Source: a virus
Taxonomy: Duplodnaviria > Heunggongvirae > Uroviricota > Caudoviricetes
DNA: 64,000 nucleotides
Virus record (IMG/VR): IMGVR_UViG_2585427970_000001
Reading direction: 5' to 3' (one strand)
Part shown: one piece after another, positions 1 through 10,577 of the stretch
How the letters are laid out: every line of letters starts with the position of its first letter
Numbering within the stretch: the first letter of the stretch is position 1
Program-made: the position numbers and the translations under genes
The notes under the pieces: generated by a model
What the model was told of the DNA's origin: nothing
Database searches by the model: none
Seen by the model: only the letters and a program-made list of their open reading frames with translations

Positions 1-16
1 CAGTGTCACTTTTAAT

Positions 17-48
17 GCTGGTGGTGTGCGTCCCACCAGCATTTTTTT
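17..48 (+). terminator. Rho-independent terminator-like hairpin (8-bp GC-rich stem GCTGGTGG/CCACCAGC followed by a T-run)
   Basis: Stem 17-24 / 33-40 with loop 25-32, then ATTTTTTT at 41-48; probably ends a gene upstream of the window. Confidence 0.5.
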
Positions 49-538
49 CGTCCAATGGGGAGGGCATTTGAGTATTTTCAACAAACACGCACACCAGGAG
101 CGTCCGTACATCGTCATAGTCGATATTGATGGAGCAATATCAGAAGCAATTGAAGACAGGCTGCATTTGCTTCCGCTGCCGGGGAAAGGAGCATTAATAT
201 TGATATGGGGCACGTTTACACAGTCTGGTTTGTAACCGGGTGCTGTGAGAACGCCAGGGATAAAACACGAGCCTGGTTGCGGAAAAAATAACAAACGTAG
301 CCGAACTGTGCGACGGAGATGACAAAAGGAGGGTTACAAAATAAATCGGCTCAATAGACATTATCTGCAGTGGCGAAAGCTGTTTTGATACGGATATTGA
401 TGACGCTGATATTTCTGAATGGGGATCTCGGTGTCAGGTGCGAATCTATTATCTCCATTAAATGCCTGCTAGTCAGCAGGCATTTAATCTTCCTATTAGC
501 TTTCCGTTCATGCCTGGCATTTGCCAGTATGTCGGACA

Positions 539-769
539 TCATTTTTCGTATTCAGTTTGCGGACTGAGTTCAGCATCTACCCATAGTGTCTTCGCTCCCC
601 GTTGTGGCGGGCTTCTTCTAATTTTTCCGCTGTTTACCAGTTGTAAAAGATAATGCCTAGCCTGATAGCTGCTTATATTAAATTCTTTAGATATAGTAGG
701 TGTGTTTGTAAAGTTTTTTAATTTAATGTACAGATATATTGAATCCATCATGAATTCATTACCTTTCAT
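539..769 (-). CDS. PapI/FaeA-family small regulator (fimbrial-switch type)
   Basis: 76-aa ORF with ...SSYQARHYLLQLVNSGKIRRSPPQRGAKTLWV..., matching the PapI core ([31 protein letters not shown]) recalled from memory; divergent to the PapB-like gene. Confidence 0.65.
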   Translation of the reverse strand: MKGNEFMMDSIYLYIKLKNFTNTPTISKEFNISSYQARHYLLQLVNSGKIRRSPPQRGAKTLWVDAELSPQTEYEK

Positions 770-975
770 ATAGCTTTTATCGATAAGTATTATTAGTTAT
801 TCTGTTTATGGCCTTTAGTATATTTAGTCTTTTTTGCTTGCTTTTGATCTAGGTTAATAAAAGGTGCATTTTATAAACTTTTTTGTTTTTTTATTTTTAA
901 TTTATTTTATATTGCCGACAAAGTGTTATACCAGCATAAAATTCTAAATTTTATTTTCAATGTAGCACAATATTC

Positions 976-1479
976 ATGATATTTGATTTTTTTAGAGTTA
1001 AAGAACGTGTAATTATTTGTTTTCAGATTAAAAAACCTCTATTACTATCACGCACCGGAAAGGCTATGTTTTCGGCGAATGCTTATTACTTAAGATATTT
1101 ATTTAAATGCAACTGCGACGGGAGTAATCTGATGCAGCAAAGAGATACTTACCTTCAAGGGGAGCAAAGGCAGTTATTTCTTAGCAAGAAAAATCAGTAT
1201 CTAGCGATAGGAAAGGTTCCTGAAGATATATTCTGGTTGCTAGTGGAGATGTCAGCCATACGCAGTCAAGGCATCATAAAGGCATTGTATGACTATCTTG
1301 TTCTTGGTGATTCGAGAAAAGTTATCTGCGAGCGATACAATGTAAATAATGGATATATAAGTACCAGTTTATCTCGTCTGGAACGTATGAATGAAATGAT
1401 AAAAGAAATTATACCCCACCATGTAAAATGGTATGCGGACACCAATAATTACTGTGAATGCTGTGCGCGTGCTATATGA
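976..1479 (+). CDS. PapB/FaeB-family transcriptional regulator; true start may be internal (Met at 1066 or 1132)
   Basis: C-terminal ...ALYDYLVLGDSRKVICERYNVNNGYISTSLSRLERMN... resembles PapB (...AMKDYLVGGHSRKEVCEKYQMNNGYFSTTLGRLIRLN...); AT-rich upstream region. Confidence 0.7.
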   Translation: MIFDFFRVKERVIICFQIKKPLLLSRTGKAMFSANAYYLRYLFKCNCDGSNLMQQRDTYLQGEQRQLFLSKKNQYLAIGKVPEDIFWLLVEMSAIRSQGIIKALYDYLVLGDSRKVICERYNVNNGYISTSLSRLERMNEMIKEIIPHHVKWYADTNNYCECCARAI

Positions 1480-1784
1480 ATCAGAGAAGGACTGTCTATT
1501 CATAGATAAAATAATATCTATATAGGCATTTCTGCATGTTATAAAAATTGCACCTATAGCAATTGTGTTGGTAAACTATCTTTTTCGTTTATAAGGAGGC
1601 GTTAATAAAAAAGTCGCAACTAGGTGTTAATTTTTTTCACTATGTATCGGTTATGTGGTCTTGATGATAGTGAAAAGTTATGGATAAAGCTGACATTAAA
1701 TAATTATACAGATAACAAATTCTCAAAATATTATCTCATTGAGATTTTAACTGTAGCTGGTGCGGTAATTTACTGAAGGTATTT

Positions 1785-4700
1785 ATGAATAAAATATATA
1801 AAGTGATATGGAACCACAGTACTCAGCAGTGGGATGTGGTTTCAGAACTTACAGGTAACAAAAAAAAATGTAAATCTGCTCGCTTAAACCTGGCGTTAGC
1901 CGCTGCTCTTTTTACCGGATCTATGGCGGTTAATTGCAGCAGCGCATTCGCGGATATTTCTCTTGATTCGGCATGGCGTCCGGCACAGAACAACAACCTT
2001 GTTGGGGCCGAGACTGTTAACGGCACGACGGAAAATATCATAGGGCCGATATCGGTCGTTTCTGGTTCTTCTGGTCTCGTTGGCATGACTGTTGATGAAG
2101 CAAAAGCAGAGGGATACATTACGGCTGGGGATGATCTTACCGGATTATTATATATTGACACAGGCGGAAGAACCAAAGCCCTTCAGTACTGGGATGCTGC
2201 GACCGGCGCGTACAGAACGGTACAGGTATATGACAATGACGCTTTTTCTCAGCGGGCTGCAGGCTCATCTGCGAATGAACTCATTTCCGGTTTTGCGCCT
2301 GATGCTGGTTTTTTCTATAAAACCCGTTTTGTTACTGTAACCAATGGTGGTACGGCCAATATTGATGTTGGCGCAGATTTTATTGGTCGCTATTTCAAAG
2401 ATACTCAGCTCGCTGTTGCTGATGGAGCTGGATCAACTGTTAACTGGAATTCTGAAAATGAGTTCTACTTGCAGGCCGCAGCAACTTCTACAAACGGGCT
2501 CACATATACCGCCACAATTGACTCAAAAGCATATGCTGGCACATTTACTGACTGGCAGGGACAACAGCATCAGGTTAATTCACAGGCAGACTTACAGCAA
2601 TATAATGATTATCTGACTCAGGCGATTGTTGACGGTAAGCTGACTGCCTCTCAGTATGAGACTGAATTTAACAGGGCTATTATAACCACCACGCATACGT
2701 ATGATGTTGATCGTACTGCAGGGGGTAAAATTGATCCTGCTATATATCAGGCTGGTATCGGAACACTTGCTGTACTTGAAGCTAGAAATGGTGGAACTGC
2801 ACGACTCAGTTCAACCGGCAAATTAACAGGCATATTGCCGAGTGTTGGGCGTGGAGCTGGTATCATTGCTCGCTCGGGCGGTACAGGTATCAACGAGGGT
2901 ATTATAGATGCTACAGGTATTGCGATGCGTGCATACGGTAACAGCACCATTGTTAATGATGGCACTATCTATTCAGGGATCAACAATTCTAAACACGGAC
3001 GACATGGTGAGGGAATGGTGGCAATTGATGCCGATTCCCTCGCAATAAATAATGGTGTTATTAATATCCGGCCATATAAAGTTGCAACAGTTAATCAGGA
3101 TGGCATCAACACGGCAATGCTAGTGGCTGGTGGCGGTGAAGGAATTAATAATGGCACCATCAATATTACGGCGGATGCTTCAGTTATTGACAGTAAGGGA
3201 CTAACCCGGGGGATCAGTGTGGGTGACGGAGGTTCCTTTACCAATGCATCCACTGGCAAAATCACCGTCGGTGTGGCTGAAGATGGCAGCGCAGCGCATT
3301 CAGCTGTCGGCTCTGTTGCGATTGAGGTTGCGCAAGGGGCAACCCGTGTTATTAATGAAGGGACAATTCTCCTGGGGGAAGGGGCTCAGGGGAACTACGG
3401 TATTTCAGCATCGAACGTCGGAGCAGTAAATACAGTCATCAATAAAGGGACTATCACAGTTGAAGGGCATGACAGCGATACACCTGCACTGAATGTCGGC
3501 ATGTTTGCAAATAACAGCACCGGGCTGAAAAACACCGGGGTTATTAATGTGAATGGCCTGAACAGTGCCGGATTACAGGTCATAAACGGAGGCCAGATAG
3601 CGTCTGACGGTACTGTAAATGTTGGTGGCGTGGATATCAGTAGTGGTTTCCGTAACTATGGTGCATGGGTGGAAGGCACCGGAAGCCGTGTTGATATATC
3701 CGGCGAAATTAGCCTTACTGGTGACGGTGCAGTGGGGGTTTTTGCCAAAGATGGCGGAGACCTGACCCTGTCAGGGAATGGTGCGGTGGTATTCGGTGGC
3801 AGTAACCAGGTGGGGTTTTATGTCTACGGTGATGGTTCCACCATTCATAATACCGGGAACAGTGTTATGGATGTTTCCACCGAAAATTCAACGTTATTCC
3901 GTATTGCCAGCGGGGCGGTATACCGGGGGGGCACAGGGGCATCCTCTGATCTGACGGCATCCGGTAAGAACTCGTATGCGCTTGTTGCCACTGGCAGGTC
4001 TGACACAGGCACTGCCTCAACCGTCACATCCGGAGGGATGACCATCAACCTGACGGGAGAGGGGGCGACTGCTGTCTTGGTAGAGGGCGGGGCACAGGGC
4101 TCAATTGACAGTAATGCCACTATCAATATGGATAATGCCAGCGCGATTGCCGGTATTGCGGATGGCAACGGGTATGATATTTCCGGCAATCTTATTAATC
4201 CAAAAGACAAGACTACATTATTAACAGCAGGTGCTCAGCTGAGCTCTTCTCAGGATAAAGTAACCGGGTATATCGCCCGCAATGGGGCAACCCTGGAGAA
4301 CACCGGTAATATCACCTTTACCGGAAAGAACACGACCGGTATCCGGGTCGAGGAAGGCGCTGCTGGCACCAACAGTGGAAATATCCTCGTTCAGGATGGC
4401 GGTGTGGGATTACTTGCCCGCGGCTCACAGGACGCCACGACCATTAATAACACCGGTAATCTGGTCCTCAGTGGGGGGAATAATGCCAACCGTACTACCG
4501 GGATTAAAGCTTCCGGTGCAGCAACAACAGTTAATATGACCGCTGGCACACTCGATCTGCAGGGGCAGGGGGCGATTGGCGTTGAGGTCAGTGAACAGGG
4601 AACGGTGAATCTTGAGGGGACTGCCATTCCTAAGTTTGCTGCTGACGATTCCGGCATTACCGATCAGATTGCTTTCCGTATTATCGGAGATGGTGCAACC

Positions 4701-7700
4701 ATCAATACGAAGGTTGCACAGGGAACGCTGCTGGAAGCCAGTGGGCAGCGGTCAGTGCTCTTCCGTATTGAAGACGGGGCAAAACAGATTGGCTCTCTGC
4801 AGATGAAAACCTCCGGGACAGGCAGCCGGGGGATCTGGGCCACCGGTAAAGGCAGTGATGTACAGGCGGAGGCCGGCAGTGATTTCCAGATCCTGGGGGA
4901 CCTAGCTCAGGGATTGTATGTCACTGGCGGTGCAACAGCGACCCTGAAACAGGGGATATCCGTTGATCTTGTGGGTGACGGGGCCGTGGTCGCGGAAGTG
5001 GACGGTAATGAGTACGCGCTCGATGGCAGTATTACACAAACGAATACTGGCTCGGTTATTACCAATGAGGCAGATATCTCTTCGCCGCTGAATAATGCCA
5101 AGGGCTTTATTACGCGTAATCAGGGACTGTTGATTAACAGCGGCAACATTGATTTCACTGCCGGTACCGATAATATCGGCGTCTGGGTTGATAACGGTCG
5201 CTTTGAAAATACGGGAAACCGTATTGCGGTCAATGGTGTTGCTTTATTTGTTGAAGGCGCACAGTCTCAGATCACCAGCACGGGAGGGGATATCGTCGCT
5301 GTGGACGGTGAGGCTGCCATTAAGCTGGGGGCGGGCGCGTCACTGAACCTGGCAGGGAGTGGGCTGGGAACGATTGAGGGCCAGAAAAATGCACATGGCA
5401 TCCTGCTGGATACAGGGGCTGTGGGGCTGGTTATTGATGGTGCGAAAATTAATGTGAATGCTGCAGGTGCGGTTGGTCACGGGATTGAGAACCGCGCAGA
5501 AATTGAAGGCATTCAGTTAACCAATACGACTGAAATTAATGTGGCTGATGGCATTGGTGTGCGTACTTCAGCTTCGCTGGCTAAGACCAACAGCGGCACT
5601 ATTAATGTAGATGGCAGCGGAATTGCACTGGCGTTCCGGAAAGCTGACGGAAGTGAAACCGATAATAACCTGGATATGTCTGACTCCGGCGGATTAGTCA
5701 TTAATCTGAAAGGCACGGGCGGCACGGGTATTTTCGCCAACACTAAAGATGGTGCTGTCGTGAAGAGTGGTGCAAGTGTCAATGTTACACAGGCCGATGG
5801 CGGTTCCGCTCTGGTGGTTAACAATGCGGCCAGTGAAGTGGTTCAGAGCGGTAATCTCATTTCTGTTTCTCTGAATCATGCTGTAGTGGATGCATCAAAA
5901 GCACTGTCCTTTACCAATACAGGTCAGATTAAAGCCGCGTCCGCTGCCGGGACTGCAATGGCGTTTGATGACGCCGTGAATACCACCGTACTGAATGACA
6001 GCGGTGCTGAAATTCAGGGGGTTGTGGCTCTGAACGGCGGTGATAACACATTTACCAATAAAGGCAGTATTACCGGAACCGTCAGTGCAAAAGATGGCAA
6101 CAACACATTGTTATTTGATGACGGCAGCACACTGACAGGTGAAGCGACTGCAGGAAACGGCAATAACAATGTAACGCTTAACGGCAGGACACATGTTGAC
6201 CAGGTGATTGCAGGTACAGGACAGAATACCTTCACCATTAAAGGTGAAGGGGCAACCTGGGATCTGCTGGATGGCGGGCAGGGAGATTCTGATTCCCTGA
6301 TTTTTGATAACGCCATTCATACGCTGGATTCTGCTGCAAAGATACAGAACTTTGAACATGTCGGGCTGAAAAATGGTTCCGTTGTCACCCTGAAGGAGGC
6401 ACTGGTGCTGACGGACGGTGGCGCCGGGGCGGGCTCTGTCGATATTGAATCGGGCAGTGAACTGAGCATTACCCCTGCCACAGCAGGCGACTTTACCTTT
6501 GATCCATTGTTAACGGGCAAAGGCACGCTGTCCGCTCAGCTTGATGCCGACACCTCTGCTTTTGAATTCAGCCATAACGTCGGGGATCAGTTTGCCGGCA
6601 CCCTGAAACTGGGCACCAGCAGTTTTGCGCTGGAAGGGCTGAATACGAAGGGGTTGACCCATGCCATGTTGGTGTCTGAAACCGGAAATATCACAACGGT
6701 TGGCTCCGGTGTTCAGAGGATTGGCGGTCTTGGATTCAGTGGCGGAACACTGAATTTTGGTTCTGTCAGCCCGGGAGATATTGTTGCCGGCAACCGTATT
6801 GAAACCTCTGCCGCAGGTACACTGGATCTTCGCGGTCAGGGCACAATTCAGGTCACCATGCCGGTGGTGGTTAATGATATTCCGGTGGTTGATACCCGTA
6901 AGAATCTGCTTGAGCAGGACGATGCGCAGACCCTGGTCACACTGGTGGATGCTAAGGGAACCGTTACCGGCACCGGTGGACAGTTGCAACTGGTGGATGA
7001 AAATGGCCAGGTCATTTCTCACAGTCAGACGTTCGATGTGACTCAGGGCGGTGAAGTGGTGGCCCAGGGGAACTATGACTACAAGATGCTGGGAAGTTCC
7101 GACGGTATTAACGGTGATGGGCTGTATATCGGCTATGGCCTGAAATCGCTGAATTTGCAAGGGACAGGTGATAAAGCGCTGGTGCTGACCCCGAGAGCGA
7201 ACGCACAGGGGCTGCAGTCAGATCTCGGTGCTCAGTTAACGGGAACAGGGGATCTGGCGATAGACGCTGTGGGGCAGGTTGTCACACTGTCCAACGGTGG
7301 TAATAACTACACCGGTGATACGCTGGTGCGCAGCGGCACACTGCAGATGGCAAATGATAATGTGCTTGGCGCTACAGGCAGCCTGAACGTTGCCAGCAAT
7401 GCCGTCTTCAGAACAGACGGATACAGCCAGACGGTGGGTGCACTGCAGACAGAAACGGGAGCGCACATTCAGCTTGATAGCGGTAGTGTACTCACGGTCA
7501 GCGGCACGCAGCGTCAGCCGGGCGATAATAATGGTGGCATCATTGAAAACAATGTGCTGACCGGAGACGGTACGCTGGCTGTCACGGGCAGCAATCTGAC
7601 GGTACATGGCACCAATATCGGGTTCTCCGGTAATGTCAGCCTTACCCGGGGTTCGCTGGTTGAAATGAACGGCGCACAGGGGCTGGGAAGTCTGGGGACC

Positions 7701-9734
7701 GTCAGCTTTGAAAGCCTGAATGACCGTCTGGCGATTGATATCGCCGACGGTAGCGGAGTCAGCAGTAACCTGAGTAAATCGCTTTCCGGAGAAGGTTCAG
7801 TGGACATACTGAACACGACTGATCTGACGCTTTCCGGGGATAACAGTAATTTCAGCGGTGAATTCCGTGTGCAGAAAGATGCTGCTATGCGGGCTTCAGA
7901 TGAAAAACACCTGGGCACCGGGCTGATTGACAGCGAGGGTGTCACCTGGCTTACTGCCAGCGACAGCTGGTTGCTGAAAAATGACATTACGGGTTCCGGT
8001 GCGCTGGTGAAACAGGGGGCGGGTAATCTGATCATTAATCATGAGCTGGCTTATACCGGTGATACCACTGTTGAGAACGGTGTCCTGATTGTCGGTGATG
8101 ATTCAGTCACCAGCGCCGCTGATGCGACGCTGTCAGGCTCCGGAAATATTCATGTTCTCAATGGCGGCACACTCAGTGGGCAGGGTACCGTTGCAGGTCA
8201 TGTAAATAACCAGGGAACGCTGGCATCACTGAATGCACTTTCAGGCTATGAGAACGCAGAAGTAAGCAATTTTACGGTTGGCTCACTGACCAATACCGGC
8301 GTCATTCGTCTGGCCGGTGGTAAGACAGGAAATACCCTGACCGTAAATGGCGATTACACCGGTGGCGGTACGTTAATTATCAATACCGTGCTGGGGGATG
8401 ATACCTCTGCCACTGACAAATTGATTGTCACGGGTAACACTTCCGGCGATACCGGCGTGGTGGTGAATAACGTCCGGGGCCAGGGTGCTCAGACCGCTGA
8501 CGGCATTGAGATTGTGCATGTCGGTGGTCAGTCTGACGGTAACTTCAGACTGGAGAATCGTGCTGTGGCCGGGGCATGGGAATATTTCCTGCATAAAGGT
8601 AATGCGGGTGGTACCGACGGTAACTGGTATCTGCGCTCTGAATTGCCGCCGGAGCCGGGGACAAAACCGGAGACAAAACCGGAGACAAAACCGGAGACAA
8701 AACCGGAGACAAAACCGGAGACAAAACCAACACCGGATAAACCTGTGCAGACGGTCTATCGCCCGGAGGCTGGCTCATATATTTCGAACATTGCGGCGGC
8801 TAACACGCTGTTCAACACCAGAATGCACGATCGTGAGGGGGAAACTTACTATACCGACGTGTTTACTGGTGAGAAAAAAGCAACCAGTATGTGGATGCGT
8901 CATGTTGGCGGTCATAATCGCTGGAAGGACAGTAGTTCACAACTGAATACGCAAAGCAACCGCTATGTTGTGCAACTGGGTGGCAGCATTGCACAGTGGA
9001 CTGACGGTCAGGAGCGTCTGCAGCTGGGTATTATGGCCGGTTACGGGAATGAGAAGAGCTCCACGACATCCTCGGTTTCGGGATATAAATCTAAAGGCTC
9101 GATCAGCGGTTACAGTACCGGTTTATACGGAACGTGGCAGCAGAATGACGGCAATGACACCGGGGCTTATGTTGACACCTGGATCCAGTACGGCTGGTTT
9201 AATAATACTGTTAATGGTGAAAAACTGGCGGCGGAGTCCTGGAAATCCCGTGGATTTACCGGTTCAGTGGAAGCAGGTTATACCTTCAAAGCCGGCGAAT
9301 TTACCGGCAGTCAGGGAAGTCACTATGACTGGTATATTCAGCCACAGTCCCAGCTTACGTGGATGAATGTAAGAGCCGGCGAACATAAGGAGAAAAACGG
9401 CACGAAAGTTCAGCTTAACGGAGACGGCAATATCCAGAGTCGTCTGGGCGTCAGAACTTACCTGAAAGGTAAGAGTGCGTCTGATGACAATAAGGCGCAT
9501 CAGTTCGAGCCTTTTGTGGAGGTTAACTGGATCCATAATACACAGGACTGGAGTGTCAAAATGGATAATACGGTACTCAGTCAGGACGGAGCCACAAATA
9601 TTGCTGAAGTCAAAACGGGGGTTCAGGGTAAATTGTCAGACAACCTGAATATCTGGGGCAATGTTGGCGTTCAGGTCGGCGATAAAGGGTACAGTGATGC
9701 CCAGGCAATGCTGGGTATTAAATATACATTTTAA
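1785..9734 (+). CDS. Type Va (AIDA-I/Ag43-like) autotransporter adhesin, 2649 aa
   Basis: N-terminal extended signal peptide region MNKIYKVIWNHSTQQW...AFA; long Gly/Thr/Asn-rich beta-helix-type passenger; (PETK)n linker; C-terminal beta-barrel with YRPEAGSYI...MWMRHVGGHNRW... ending GIKYTF. Confidence 0.9.
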   Translation: MNKIYKVIWNHSTQQWDVVSELTGNKKKCKSARLNLALAAALFTGSMAVNCSSAFADISLDSAWRPAQNNNLVGAETVNGTTENIIGPISVVSGSSGLVGMTVDEAKAEGYITAGDDLTGLLYIDTGGRTKALQYWDAATGAYRTVQVYDNDAFSQRAAGSSANELISGFAPDAGFFYKTRFVTVTNGGTANIDVGADFIGRYFKDTQLAVADGAGSTVNWNSENEFYLQAAATSTNGLTYTATIDSKAYAGTFTDWQGQQHQVNSQADLQQYNDYLTQAIVDGKLTASQYETEFNRAIITTTHTYDVDRTAGGKIDPAIYQAGIGTLAVLEARNGGTARLSSTGKLTGILPSVGRGAGIIARSGGTGINEGIIDATGIAMRAYGNSTIVNDGTIYSGINNSKHGRHGEGMVAIDADSLAINNGVINIRPYKVATVNQDGINTAMLVAGGGEGINNGTINITADASVIDSKGLTRGISVGDGGSFTNASTGKITVGVAEDGSAAHSAVGSVAIEVAQGATRVINEGTILLGEGAQGNYGISASNVGAVNTVINKGTITVEGHDSDTPALNVGMFANNSTGLKNTGVINVNGLNSAGLQVINGGQIASDGTVNVGGVDISSGFRNYGAWVEGTGSRVDISGEISLTGDGAVGVFAKDGGDLTLSGNGAVVFGGSNQVGFYVYGDGSTIHNTGNSVMDVSTENSTLFRIASGAVYRGGTGASSDLTASGKNSYALVATGRSDTGTASTVTSGGMTINLTGEGATAVLVEGGAQGSIDSNATINMDNASAIAGIADGNGYDISGNLINPKDKTTLLTAGAQLSSSQDKVTGYIARNGATLENTGNITFTGKNTTGIRVEEGAAGTNSGNILVQDGGVGLLARGSQDATTINNTGNLVLSGGNNANRTTGIKASGAATTVNMTAGTLDLQGQGAIGVEVSEQGTVNLEGTAIPKFAADDSGITDQIAFRIIGDGATINTKVAQGTLLEASGQRSVLFRIEDGAKQIGSLQMKTSGTGSRGIWATGKGSDVQAEAGSDFQILGDLAQGLYVTGGATATLKQGISVDLVGDGAVVAEVDGNEYALDGSITQTNTGSVITNEADISSPLNNAKGFITRNQGLLINSGNIDFTAGTDNIGVWVDNGRFENTGNRIAVNGVALFVEGAQSQITSTGGDIVAVDGEAAIKLGAGASLNLAGSGLGTIEGQKNAHGILLDTGAVGLVIDGAKINVNAAGAVGHGIENRAEIEGIQLTNTTEINVADGIGVRTSASLAKTNSGTINVDGSGIALAFRKADGSETDNNLDMSDSGGLVINLKGTGGTGIFANTKDGAVVKSGASVNVTQADGGSALVVNNAASEVVQSGNLISVSLNHAVVDASKALSFTNTGQIKAASAAGTAMAFDDAVNTTVLNDSGAEIQGVVALNGGDNTFTNKGSITGTVSAKDGNNTLLFDDGSTLTGEATAGNGNNNVTLNGRTHVDQVIAGTGQNTFTIKGEGATWDLLDGGQGDSDSLIFDNAIHTLDSAAKIQNFEHVGLKNGSVVTLKEALVLTDGGAGAGSVDIESGSELSITPATAGDFTFDPLLTGKGTLSAQLDADTSAFEFSHNVGDQFAGTLKLGTSSFALEGLNTKGLTHAMLVSETGNITTVGSGVQRIGGLGFSGGTLNFGSVSPGDIVAGNRIETSAAGTLDLRGQGTIQVTMPVVVNDIPVVDTRKNLLEQDDAQTLVTLVDAKGTVTGTGGQLQLVDENGQVISHSQTFDVTQGGEVVAQGNYDYKMLGSSDGINGDGLYIGYGLKSLNLQGTGDKALVLTPRANAQGLQSDLGAQLTGTGDLAIDAVGQVVTLSNGGNNYTGDTLVRSGTLQMANDNVLGATGSLNVASNAVFRTDGYSQTVGALQTETGAHIQLDSGSVLTVSGTQRQPGDNNGGIIENNVLTGDGTLAVTGSNLTVHGTNIGFSGNVSLTRGSLVEMNGAQGLGSLGTVSFESLNDRLAIDIADGSGVSSNLSKSLSGEGSVDILNTTDLTLSGDNSNFSGEFRVQKDAAMRASDEKHLGTGLIDSEGVTWLTASDSWLLKNDITGSGALVKQGAGNLIINHELAYTGDTTVENGVLIVGDDSVTSAADATLSGSGNIHVLNGGTLSGQGTVAGHVNNQGTLASLNALSGYENAEVSNFTVGSLTNTGVIRLAGGKTGNTLTVNGDYTGGGTLIINTVLGDDTSATDKLIVTGNTSGDTGVVVNNVRGQGAQTADGIEIVHVGGQSDGNFRLENRAVAGAWEYFLHKGNAGGTDGNWYLRSELPPEPGTKPETKPETKPETKPETKPETKPTPDKPVQTVYRPEAGSYISNIAAANTLFNTRMHDREGETYYTDVFTGEKKATSMWMRHVGGHNRWKDSSSQLNTQSNRYVVQLGGSIAQWTDGQERLQLGIMAGYGNEKSSTTSSVSGYKSKGSISGYSTGLYGTWQQNDGNDTGAYVDTWIQYGWFNNTVNGEKLAAESWKSRGFTGSVEAGYTFKAGEFTGSQGSHYDWYIQPQSQLTWMNVRAGEHKEKNGTKVQLNGDGNIQSRLGVRTYLKGKSASDDNKAHQFEPFVEVNWIHNTQDWSVKMDNTVLSQDGATNIAEVKTGVQGKLSDNLNIWGNVGVQVGDKGYSDAQAMLGIKYTF
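8655..8726 (+). repeat. 6 x 12-bp in-frame tandem repeat (CCGGAGACAAAA) encoding (PETK)n in the autotransporter linker
   Basis: Direct read: one CCGGGGACAAAA unit followed by five CCGGAGACAAAA units. Confidence 0.9.
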
Positions 9735-9781
9735 TCACATAGTGGCAGGAGGATCCCTCCTGCCACATCCGGGTAGTCATA

Positions 9782-10324
9782 ATGAGTTCTGTAATGAAAT
9801 TTTCTGTTGCTAATGCAGTATTGTTGCTGTTGCTGATTGGATTTACTGGTGTTATTTATATGAATAAATCAAAAGAAATTGCAGTTGTTAATATTGATGC
9901 TGTTTATAATCAGTCTTCTGCCGGAGAACTGGTCAGAACGCATCTGAGTGAAGTTAAGATTATTCTTGAAAAGGGATACAAGGATGCGCTAAAAGCATTC
10001 GCAGATAATGAAAATAAAGATGTGCTGCTTCTTGATGCCAGACAAAAACTGGAAAGACAATATGTTATCGAGGAGCACAATGCAAAGATGGTATTATCCC
10101 GTGCAATAGATAATGCCATAAATAACTGGAGAAAAGATAACACAGGAAATATTGCTGTATTGTCTTCAGGTGTTGTGCTTTCACATAACGATTCAGCCGA
10201 TATCACAAAAGAAATCATGGCTCTGGTTGAAAAAGAACATCTGGTTTTTAGTCAGTTACCGAAAGTGGAAGTGAAAGCTCAGGAGGAGATAAAAAGTAAA
10301 GAGGGAACGGAAGAAGGTAAATAA
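9782..10324 (+). CDS. Skp/OmpH-like periplasmic chaperone (alternative start at 9794)
   Basis: N-terminal hydrophobic signal/anchor, then a charged coiled-coil-like body (...EIAVVNIDAVYNQSSAGELVRTH...NIAVLSSGVVLSHNDSADITKEIMALV...) typical of OmpH-family chaperones; sits directly after the autotransporter. Confidence 0.55.
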   Translation: MSSVMKFSVANAVLLLLLIGFTGVIYMNKSKEIAVVNIDAVYNQSSAGELVRTHLSEVKIILEKGYKDALKAFADNENKDVLLLDARQKLERQYVIEEHNAKMVLSRAIDNAINNWRKDNTGNIAVLSSGVVLSHNDSADITKEIMALVEKEHLVFSQLPKVEVKAQEEIKSKEGTEEGK

Positions 10325-10361
10325 TCATTAGTTCCCGGTAACGTCTGTTAAGGCGATTCAC

Positions 10362-10402
10362 AAGCCGGTATCTGTTATCACTCAGATACCGGCTTGTTGT
10401 TG
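10362..10402 (+). terminator. Terminator-like hairpin after the Skp-like gene
   Basis: AAGCCGGTATCTG / AGATACCGGCTT inverted repeat followed by a GTTGTTG tract. Confidence 0.45.
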
Positions 10403-10577
10403 AGTCCGGGAACCGTCCGGCAACAGCGTCAGATATCAGGGGGAGAAAGACTGGTTCAGTAACGTTATCATCTTCGGACTCAAATTCTGATAAATGACAG
10501 GGATATGCGACATGCATTACTTAACGTATACCATCTGTAGTCAGATAAAAATTTATCTTTGATGTGGGGAATGACAT

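Noticed and set aside
26-235. 69-aa ORF at the window start
   Set aside because: Its start overlaps a terminator hairpin; no recognisable domain or convincing RBS; likely non-coding.
8655-8726. PETK repeat tract considered as a possible CRISPR-like array
   Set aside because: 12-bp units with no spacers, fully in frame within the adhesin gene; a coding tandem repeat, not CRISPR.
1823-9536. Numerous 60-220-aa ORFs on both strands inside the autotransporter gene
   Set aside because: All are embedded in or antisense to the continuous 2649-aa reading frame with clear autotransporter features.
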